Below, piece by piece: positions 37,046-47,404 of a DNA stretch of 64,000 nucleotides; the stretch's first letter is position 1; each line of letters begins with the position of its first letter. The stretch spans positions 205,113 through 269,112 of the forward strand of contig NMRA01000218.1 of assembly GCA_002633005.1 (NCBI GenBank), read 5' to 3'. Below the pieces are notes generated by a model that saw only the letters and a program-made list of their open reading frames with translations, did not search any database and had not been told where the DNA came from. The stretch comes from Phoronis australis. Its lineage: Eukaryota > Animalia > Phoronida. The position numbers and the translations under genes were made by a program.

Positions 37046-37785
37046 GTTTACTTCATAATTTCTCTTGCTATTCTGGACCTTGGTTGCATAAACGTTCTTA
37101 TACGCTGGAGAACAATTATGTTGTCATGTACCCTTGTTCCTCGGCCATTATTGAACTACAATTTCGATCCAGTTTAACCAAAGTATACAGATATATCCAT
37201 CCAATAACGCCTTCAGGCTTATCTGATATTTGATGTCCCAGGGTATCGTGAGCAATGCGCTTCCTCCAATTGTATTAAACTTCTGTGACAATACATTTTT
37301 TCTTCTGGCTGGCGGCTACATTGACAACAAGGCCAATGTTATTGTAATAGAACACAATCTCACGCATATTTGAAGCAGAAATGTTAAGTTCTTCTACATG
37401 GTATTCAATTGTCAAAATTGCTGCTTGTCTTGTCTTCTGGTTACATTGTCAATAGACATGTCGACACTTATTGTCCATTAGTTTAAACAAAATTATGAAT
37501 ACGTTGATGATCTGCACACACTAAAGAAGGTTTGCTTTTCAAATTTGCCCTAAGATGTCTTTCGACGAAGGGAAAAATCAGCTACCGGAAGGGCTTACGT
37601 ATCAGCCTGAGTCTCTTTTGTGCCTAATATTCGTTTTGAGCCTACGCAACTCGGTTCCTATATCGTATCTCTTCCACGTGATCGTAGTGTTATAAACGGC
37701 ATGTGCTGAAATTTTATCTAAAAACGTTTCAGTGAAAGTGAATAATGTACTGAATAGTAAAAACAATTGAGTAATTTGCCCTTAG

Positions 37786-38024
37786 CGTTACGAAGAGTGT
37801 TGGCTTGCTGGAGATGGGTGGTGCGTCTGTGCAGGTCGCCTTCATTCCGAACGGACAGATCTTAGCAGAGAAGTTCCCTCTTAAAGTTGGCAAGACGCAC
37901 TACAGCTTGTACGTACATAGTTACCTGCACTTTGGAGGAGAATATACGGAGAAGAAAATAAGACAGCATTTGCATGATAATCAGCCGTCGGAGTCGGTCC
38001 TCTACAACCCATGCATGCTAAAAG
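37786..38024 (+). CDS. ENTPD: NTPDase paralog 1 exon 4 (GLLEMGGASVQVAF, ACR4; LYVHSYLHFG; NPCMLKG)
   Basis: cccttAG / G|GTATAC; phase 2-1. Confidence 0.95.
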
Positions 38025-38857
38025 GTATACTTCATCAATGTCGCCGTTGATTGATTTATTCCTGGAATGGAACATTCCTTTATCTACAAGAGACACTATA
38101 ACGGATTAATTTGTCTGTAGGCCATTTTCTCCAAGCTGTAACAGCCTTTTAATTTTTACCCTGGGCTGTACTCGGAAAGTTCAAGTAACCCCGAGAGCTG
38201 CACTTTGAAAGCTGCTGTACCTCCACTAACAGAACTTGGATGCGACCATGTTCATTATTAACGCTCCCTCACACAGAAATGGCACGCGTGCTTGGTTGTC
38301 TTTCGACAGACGGGATTACATGGCCAGAAATTGAGAGGGAGGGGGATGCGGGTGATAGGGGGAGNNNNNNNNNNNNNNNNNNNNNNNNNNNNNNNNNNNN
38401 NNNNNNNNNNNNNNNNNNNNNNNNNNNNNNNNNNNNNNNNNNNNNNNNNNNNNNNNNNNNNNNNNNNNNNNNNNNNNNNNNNNNNNNNNNNNNNNNNNNN
38501 NNNNNNNNNNNNNNNNNNNNNNNNNNNNNNNNNNNNNNNNNNNNNNNNNNNNNNNNNNNNNNNNNNNNNNNNNNNNNNNNNNNNNNNCTTAGTTCAGTAA
38601 AGTCGGTCAGCTTTTAGTGTTTGCTGGAAATTTGAAATGGCACTAAATATTTGACAAGCATGAATTCTCAGGGAATTTTATGATTGTCTTATGGACTAAT
38701 TCAATGTGTTCAATCGGCTCTAGCCGTAAATCTTGTACAGGTTACAGTACAAAACTGTACATGTGATCGTTGCGAATGGGTTGAATGTACCTTTCGATTA
38801 TAATCAACGGCGCCAAGCCTAGTCCTACGGAGACGGTTAATTACATGTAAATTTCAG

Positions 38858-39022
38858 GTGACAGTATAAGTGACAGCATTAGGGGGAATGTGGTGACCTT
38901 TCACGGGTCGTCCAACTACACCGCATGTGACGCCATCACACGGTCATTCATGTGGAAAGTTTCTGACGATAGGTGTCATCCCTCGCCATGCACAATCGGG
39001 AATACATATCAGCCTTACTTAG
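38858..39022 (+). CDS. ENTPD: NTPDase paralog 1 exon 5 (FHGSSNYTAC...CHPSPCTIGNTYQP)
   Basis: tttcAG / G|GTAACC; conserved G..N...C and C....C.....YQP pattern; phase 1-1. Confidence 0.93.
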
Positions 39023-39639
39023 GTAACCAGTTCTACGTTCTATTTTCTTTTTCAGGTTTCTGCCGGAAATGTAAACTGCATGCCAGAATCAATGGAAACA
39101 TGAACTTTTTGATTGGACCGAAATCCAACCTCGACATTCTTACTCATTCTCTGTCTAAACCTCTGTCTTTGGTATAGTGTGCTCCATTTTATTTACGTTT
39201 ACAAAATCATGTACTGACGCGCATGATGACCGTAGTAGCATTCACCAAGAACTACAAGTTCGATTCTTGTTCTAAAAAGTAGCTTGGAGTTTTAAATCAT
39301 AGAAGCGCAAACTTTAATTATGCACTCCTTCACCCGAAAGGAGGCGCTGCATATCGAGACATTTTGAAGTTATGACTGCTTCGGTGTCAAATCACCACGA
39401 AGGTAATCATTAAACAGTCAATAGAGCCGCTGCCTGTCAATTAAGATTGATGCTTTTATTATTGGCAGTACGAATAATTAAACATTTGAAACAATATTTA
39501 GAAATGCATATTAAAATCATCGCAATAAAAATTGAACGCGGGTCACCAAATAGATTTACACTGCTTAGCCTATTTCATTGCACATCGTTAGTTGACCTCA
39601 TTTGTTAAGAGTTAAAACTCTCTGTTTTTAACGTTTCAG

Positions 39640-39764
39640 ACTCCAGTTCGTTTTTTGCTATTAAAGCTTTTGTTTATACGCCGGCCGTACTCGGAATCCT
39701 GGATGAAACCAAAGTACTGGACACAGCAGCTTTAAGGAACGCAGGGCGTTCGTACTGTTCGAAG
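39640..39764 (+). CDS. ENTPD: NTPDase paralog 1 exon 6 (FFAIKAFVYT...RSYCSK)
   Basis: tttcAG / AAG|GTAAAC; phase 1-0; paralogous to 61506-61630. Confidence 0.92.
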
Positions 39765-40704
39765 GTAAACAAAAACTCCTGTCGCGATGGCATAAATAGA
39801 AAACAACTTCGTGATGATGATTTGCCTTCAAATATTGTGACACTTCGTGTAAAGGTGCATGTAATATCCTACCACGTTCGACCGCCCCATATATTCCAAC
39901 AATGCAACACTAGAAGGGGCTATGCCTACCTTGCAATAGTTCACTAGGCAATGGACGAGCTTATTCGGAAATTGTTTATTGAGAACCGGAGGTGCTTTTT
40001 GTATTCTAGCAATCAAAAATCTACTTTTCCAAATGCAAACAAGTTAGGATAATGGCACAGTTGGCCCTGTTGTGAAGAAACTATGAATGGGTTTTCTGGC
40101 TCTCCACAGCTGACTATCTTGCACCTTGGGCATGCTTTACGGAGTGAACACTTCACATTCATCTACTGCATCCTATGTTCAAGTCTAGAACCGTTTCTAT
40201 TGCTGAAACAGAGACAGTTGTTTAAATTGCGTTTCGTCCTGGTGCATCGGATTACTGAAAAATCCAAAATATCTGCCCTAGAGCTGCACAACCGGTTGCG
40301 TTTCGCAACGAAACTCATCGGAACATTTTGTTCTCAGCACTTTGAAAGGTAGTCTGTGCCACTTTTTCCTACTTTTATGAATTTGTCACAAACATGAAAA
40401 TGCTGGATTTAGAAAAACGCAATTACTTCTCAGTCTCAATATCGTATCTTGGTACTCCTATTTTAGAATATTTTTTGTTAAAAATTCGTTTGAGACACCC
40501 TGTTATTTTTGTGGACAAGTTCGGAGGCCGAGTGAAGTAAACATGTTTTAATTCAATGACTCCACAGTTCAAAATAATGTCTACGATGTACATTTTGCCA
40601 TCGTCTATAGCTACCAGAAGGCCTTCTTGTGTTTAAGTTAGGAATGCTATGTCTGGTTAGAGGGTGGTGAAATCAACACTTTAATACTTTTTTATATTAT
40701 TTAG

Positions 40705-40870
40705 AATTTATCCGAAGCTGTCGACATGATTGGCGAAGGGTTGAGCAAGTATGCGTCGGTCTATTGTTTGATGTCCTCGTACATTCCAACATTGTTGCAT
40801 TCTGGTCTTGGCTTTAACGAAACACAAAACCATCTGACAGCAACAAACGACATAGAAGGGAAGAACACAG
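40705..40870 (+). CDS. ENTPD: NTPDase paralog 1 exon 7 (KYASVYCLMSSYIPTLLHSGLGF)
   Basis: tttAG / G|GTTGGT; YC...Y...LL..G.GF family motif; phase 0-1. Confidence 0.92.
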
Positions 40871-41560
40871 GTTGGTAGAAAAGTGATTTTTTCGCGCAAA
40901 TATTTCCTTATATTAGTACTTTATGTATTGGCATTTCCGAGGCAGCCTACATTATTTACAGTTTGAAAGATGCACGTTTTCCTGATGGTTACGCCCGTGC
41001 ACCAGCTATAATACGTCATCCGGGTTCGTACTCATGAGAACGTAGTTACGTTTTGGTCCCGCTGTTACGTTAATGTCTCATTTTGGGCTTTTGAAGCATT
41101 GAGCTACACGTAAGCAATATTTCTAAATAGACCAATATTTTGAAATAAAGAACGAAAGTAAGCCTTTGTTACTTCATTTGCAGTATCATGTCCCTGTAAA
41201 GTCAACATATGGGTCCGTTCCGCTAAGGCAAGATACTCGCGAATTAAAGCGAACAAGGTCAACTTCTTCGCTTAAATGTAGTGATATCTTTCGAAGACTT
41301 GCGTGATCTTAAATCACAAGCTACCTAATGCAGCCTTGACAAATACGTGCAGACAAAATGACGTGTTGTGCTGTATTTTTTCCCGAGGACGGGTTTAACA
41401 CGACTTGAAACAACTAGTACACACGTACATTGTGTAATATAAAATCTAAACGTACGGTGTGTAGGAGGCCAAGGTTTTAAAATAGCGAGGATAATAATTG
41501 CTTTGGGACTTGTGCATGTTTTTAAATGAACGAATGGTCAAAACACGTCAACCGTTTCAG

Positions 41561-41742
41561 ATTGGCCTTTGGGAGCCGTCTTGTATGACATTGGACGTCG
41601 GTGCGACTGGGCGGTATTTAATCCGGAACCAGCTCTAAAGCCAGTGATCAGTGGAGGATGCTCTGTTTACAAGCCTTACCCACTTCACCGAGTTTTTATC
41701 CTATTGGCGTCGCTGTTACTGTTGTGCTTGAAGTTATATTAA
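41561..41742 (+). CDS. ENTPD: NTPDase paralog 1 exon 8 (DWPLGA, ACR5; C-terminal hydrophobic/GPI-like tail; stop)
   Basis: tttcAG acceptor; TAA at 41740-41742; total CDS 1395 nt = 464 aa. Confidence 0.92.
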
Positions 41743-42444
41743 TACCCGAAATGAAAATGTACACCGCTTCCCTGAGACTGCTAAATCAATGTTATTTCAA
41801 ATCCTTCAAGGCTGCACACCAGCTTGAATTGGGTCATTTTACCACAGAACCATATTATTAAATATTTCTTCAATTCGATAGTAAGCTAGAACGTCGGAGT
41901 TTTCAGAGTAAGGGTGTCCGAAAAAGAACGAAAGTAGGTGAAAGACACATCCTTGTTTTATAACGGTGGAATTTACTGTCGTTATTTAGCATTATCAACA
42001 ATTTGCATTTAACCTGATTTGAATAATGTCAGCCTTTATTCATTCTGGCCACGTTGATACTAGGATCCGAATAAGTCAATACAGATCAAGGACTACATCT
42101 AATTAAATGTTTACCGAAAACTTTGCATCCATTAATTGTAAATCGAACACAGAAGCCATCAGCTTTATTCAACAACTCATTGACAATGTATGTATTATCA
42201 GACGATGTAGGCATTAGAATTCAGTGTAAATCACCTTAATTCTGATTATTTAAGTCAGTTTTAAATGTTAACCACCCGTATAATTGTGGATTTCAACAAG
42301 CCAAAGACGAGTTTATATACACTGGGTAGGTTATAAAAGGTATGCAGCGTGTCGTCACTATACAGCCATTATTTAACTTGGGAATCGAGCAAATTTTAGC
42401 GAGAGATCTCCTGTATATGTATGTTAAAGCTCACGGTCCCTACA

Positions 42445-42464
42445 AATAAACTACTGAAAATAAA
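42445..42464 (+). terminator. Candidate polyadenylation signals for NTPDase paralog 1
   Basis: Two AATAAA (42445, 42459) followed by a GT/T-rich tract, ~700 nt after the stop. Confidence 0.3.
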
Positions 42465-44779
42465 AGTTATCTTCTGTTTTATCCTTGACTTCTTAGAAAT
42501 CGGCGAATGAATATGTATAAATGAATGTGTTCATTGGAGCATTCTGGATTATTTGGCGTATAACAGGATGTCTCAAGCGTTTCAACCCCAAGATAAAAGT
42601 GATTCCCATCACAAAACATACCATTCGGGTTGATAGCAAGTAATAAAAAGGAGACAGTGTCAAAAATAGTTTTGTAGAAGCTGGCCAACCCGTTATCGCC
42701 AAAGGTCCAAGTGACTTGCATTGTGACTTCAACGAGACCACCTTCAAGATAAGGACTGTGAGTACCTCTTCACTTGAGGTCATGGCGCGAAGCTACAAAT
42801 GCACAGCGGGAATTCGACTGAGATTAGGTTTAACATTTTCAAGGATATAGAGCTTAGGCGAGGTTTTACAACAAGATGGCCATTTTGTCGTACAAGTAGC
42901 CTGTTTTTATCGTGCCAAAAATTATTGAAGCAAATTTGTGAGAGCTATAACATCCTGATTCCAATGTTTAAGGTATTGTAGAATGTAGGGCCCTCGAAAA
43001 ATGGCAAGATTTGGCAAATTTCTCAGAAATGGCTGATCAGATTCATATGAAACTTTTAAATAGCATGCTTCGAGCACTATTCTCCAAAAACCTGTTAGGA
43101 ATTGTTAGGGGCTATCAAAAATAATACTTTCATATTCTTTATGAACAAAATTGCATGAAACAAACCCAAAGACAATTTAGAAATTGTAACATCATTTTTG
43201 AGATTTCGTCGTCTACAGTTACATAGAACGAAGTTTGGTCACCGTGGTTTTGCAAGAGTCCTACGTTTCGTTTTGCTAATTTTTACTAAAAATACATAGT
43301 CACGTGACCCAATCAATTGCAAATTGAAATAAGGCCACGAATAAAATTCGACAGGCTTCTTTACTTTCAGAAAATATAATAAACTTTTAATGAGAAAAAA
43401 TCATATTTTTAAAGATATTTGGCTTAATACACCGACAAGCTCCTATTGGAGTGTTTTAGTCATGTGACACGGTTAATCGCCATGTAAACAGACGGGTAAA
43501 ATTGCCCTTTTCAAATATTTAACACATAAAGAGGCGAGAGCAGGGATTTTGAGTTGGGGGGAAAAGGCACAGGAATAACCAAAATTTCTTCCCTCATGTG
43601 TGCGCCCAGCCTAAAGTATAGGGTTTGTGTCCCTTATTACTAAAAAATAAAACGGGTTTTGCACAAGGGCTATGCATTGTGCATTCGCCCCAGAGCCCCT
43701 TTGAGTGCGCGCATATGTTAGTCAGCAATTCGCACCTCGAACTACCAAATGGAATCTGGGAGAATTTTAGGGGGCCATGGACTCTTGGTCCCCCTTAAAT
43801 CCGCCACTGGGGAGAGTGTGAGTTTTTTCAGGAACATAAAATACGTGACCGAGCACTTACATGCGTTTTTAAGAGTCAATCATTCTATAGGGAAAATATC
43901 AAATTAATAGAAGACGGCAACCAGTGGCAGATTCCCGAGTGGCACGTGCGGCTTCACGCTTGTCAATCCACTGCGAGCGATTTATTTATTTTCGTTTTTC
44001 TCTAGAGAAACCAGTAAGATCGAGCAAATTTATTATTGAATTCGTGGGGTCATATAAATAAATGACAGGTTTTATAAATTTTTCGAGTTTAATGGTCATC
44101 TGCAAATCTGTCGGCCATTTTGTCCGCCATCTTGAAAAACCAACTTTCGCCATTCCAATTCCGGTAGACTTTTTTCTCCCTCTAAGGGGTGTAAGAGGAT
44201 ACGATTTATGCAATGAAATTTTCTGTAGCAATTTTTTCCGGGTGATCCTTAGAATGACTGGACTATAACACAAAACTTAAAACTGTCCAAAGGCCTTCAT
44301 AAGAAAGCTCTAAAAATAGTTACACAAACAAATCAAATGCAAACAAATGGAACACGCCGTTTTGATCGCCGGACATTTCTATACGTGAACAGGACAATGA
44401 CAATTCGCAAGCGTAATCCGTAATCATTTCACCTTTATAAAGAAGCAGCTCAACTGCACTGTATGGGAATTTAATACTGAAATATTGAATAATTAGTGAC
44501 AAACATGCCTGTTGATGAAAAATGTATTCGATCATAAAAGTGTATTATTACTAGATTTTCCACTGACAATAAGACAATCAATGCTGTCACTGAATGTCAT
44601 TTTTGCATAATGTGTACAAAATGGAAAAGTTTTTACCATTAGTATAAAGTTTTTATGTCAATCAGTGAGAACGGACACCAGATGCTTTTGGTTTTCATTC
44701 CACTGGGATCTAGTTTCAATGGCCTACAGAAGCGCTCATGGCTTTTTAATGCAATCTCATTCAGCCTCAGTAACATCCA

Positions 44780-45115
44780 CTTGAAGGTGACCACAGCATA
44801 TCACTTGACTCACTTTGTGCTCAAAATATGACCCTGAACTGGACCAGAGTGATAATAGGTCTTCTTTAGCTTCAGTCCTTCATGTTTCTTTCAAGAAAGG
44901 AAATAAGCCATTGTTGTCCACACATCACTCATTGCCTAAGAAAGGGTATTTTATCTCAACAGTGGCATCCTCACCAACGAGGCTGGCTGGTGTAGCAGTG
45001 AGATATTAGTACCTCTTCACACACACGCACACACACAAACAATCCACTGGAACATTTGCTTTATGTTATCTTTATACTGTGATCTATATTTCTCCAAAGC
45101 CACTGGCTTGTACAT
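44780..45115 (-). pseudogene. Degenerate YqaJ/lambda-exonuclease-like (PD-(D/E)xK) fragment, transposon-derived
   Basis: Minus-strand peptides YKPVALEKY / SGLFVC / YLTATPASLVGEDATVEIKYPF / LKLKKTYY..PVQGH match the YEPVA..Y..GLF..YLAASPDGLVG...EIKCP...YYxQVQGQ pattern; contains stops and frameshifts. Confidence 0.7.
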
Positions 45116-47263
45116 GGTGTGTGTGGACATCATGTTAAGAAAAAGGAGTGACAAAGCTTGTCTATTTTGCAGCTTGAAGTGGCCTTAAAAATGTCGTTGG
45201 ACCTGGGACAACTATTGAAACATGAAAACTTAATAGTACTTCAGGTTGGGTCAAAAATGATGGCCCCCGTTTAAAAAAACATGATATGGTACATGTAACT
45301 GCTCTACAATTTCACACAAAATTAAATAACTATTTCCAGAAAGCAAGTGTGTATATATTAAGTAATGTATAAAACAGTCTTTATTTTTCATTCCTAGCCA
45401 CAACAATTCTTTAAACGCATCACTTGTCTGCAAAATAAAATAGTTATTTGAGACAACTTCAAACCTTTGGCACCCATTTTCAAGCCTTTTGATTTTTCAT
45501 ACTTTCAGCAATTTTAAACACTGATTACAGATTAATAGGTCTGTCAAGCACACTTATGGTCTAATGCTGAGGGAACCGTTTCTCAGATTTTTTGTTTTTC
45601 TTGTCTTTGGTCATTTAAAAATGATGGATAAACTTTCTGTGGCTTAAGAGTAATTAAAAATCATGACGCACCATTGTTTGCGTTTTGGCATTAAGAATAA
45701 TATATTCACATACGACCTCATTGGTATGTTCACAGCAAAAAACGCAATTTTCACAAAAACGGCAGTCATATGAATTTATAAACGACTTGCAACATTTCAA
45801 GGAATGAGTTAAGACTGTTCAGTCATTTCAGAATTCAGAAAATATATTTTGATGGGTTTGCAATGGATAGTAAAACAGTTTCATGAAATGTGAAAGAACT
45901 TCCTGAAGGTTAAGAATTATCTGACCCTGCTCTTTCCCCCGGAACTATTACCTGTTATTTCCACGCATTCTGTTGCACCACAATTTACCCCGCCCTTTGC
46001 CAACCTCTCGCTAAGGGCCTGAATAAGTAATTTAACAAAACAACTTACATACCTTTCTTTAGAAATAGCTGTCCCTTTTCTAAGGCTTTGTTCTTTGTTT
46101 CCGATATAGAAAGTAGCTTTGAAAACATATCTGCCCTGGATAGGAAGATTTTGCTGGCTAGCTGCAGTCAACTGTTTCAATTTAATTGTTGTCCATTTAT
46201 ACACATGATAAATTTCCATGTAAACGTGCAATGGGTTTCCGGATGACATAGGATAGGGATTAAACAAATAGTCTATTGGATATTTGTCACGAACCCTTTG
46301 GGTTTGGATTGTAATTTTACCTCACTAATAACCAATATCTAGTTGACAACATAAACATCCAGCATTGATTGATATAACTGTCACTGATATACCCGCTAGA
46401 AATCATTCCAAACATTAACAATACTGCTTTGACGTACAGAAAGACCCCGATAGCTACGTCAAGTATCGTAACACAGATCACAACAAGCAATGATTAATCC
46501 GACTGGCGGCTGCAGCTGCAAAGTCGACATCGGCCACTACATCAGTTAACAGGCATCAGTATTGTAAACTTCATGATGTAATAATTGTTAAAATAATCAC
46601 AAAGCTTACCTTTCTATAATGGCATGCTGACGCAGAAGGACCCTTTTCACGCAATCTCAGATTCAGTTGGCACGGCTGCAAGCCATTTCACCATGTATTA
46701 CAGTGGCGGATCTAGGATATCACAAGGGGGGGGCCCAACATTTTGTCCGGCTGTAAGCATTTGCGCAAACTGAACCACGATTGTAGATGCGCATAGCACC
46801 GAATGGGGGGAGGTCGGGAGGGGGGTTTGCCCCCCCCCCTCCCGCTCAGGAAATTTTTCTGTTTTTACCTCTAAAAATCAAGCATTTTCCTTGATTCCTG
46901 AAGCATTATCCAAGAAAAAAAGGAAAAAAANNNNNNNNNNNNNNNNNNNNNNNNNNNNNNNNNNNNNNNNNNNNNNNNNNNNNNNNNNNNNNNNNNNNNN
47001 NNNNNNNNNNNNNNNNNNNNNNNNNNNNNNNNNNNNNNNNNNNNNNNNNNNNNNNNNNNNNNNNNNNNNNNNNNNNNNNNNNNNNNNNNNNNNNNNNNNN
47101 NNNNNNNNNNNNNNNNNNNNNNNNNNNNNNNNNNNNNNNNNNNNNNNNNNNNNNNNNNNNNNNNNNNNNNNNNNNNNNNNNNNNNNNNNNNNNNNNNNNN
47201 NNNNNNNNNNNNNNNNNNNNNGAAAGTGGCCCTGTGGAAACATGACGAACGACACCCGCCTCC

Positions 47264-47404
47264 CGTTCAGTAACGCTAGAACCTAGCTAAAAAGCAAGAC
47301 TTCGCGAGATTACGTGAGATATTGCCGTGTATTTCAAATGAGAACACTTGACCTTGACTAGATTTTAGCTAGGTCCTAGCGTAGGTCCTAGCGTCTACTG
47401 AACG
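47264..47404. repeat. Short palindromic element
   Basis: CGTTCAGTAACGCTAGAACCTAGCTAAAA is mirrored by TTTTAGCTAGGTCCTAGCG...TACTGAACG. Confidence 0.5.

Noticed and set aside
46606-46694. Minus-strand mini-exon (ATG..KWLAAV..AG|GTAAG), possibly THAP-like
   Set aside because: In-frame stop and too little similarity to support a call.
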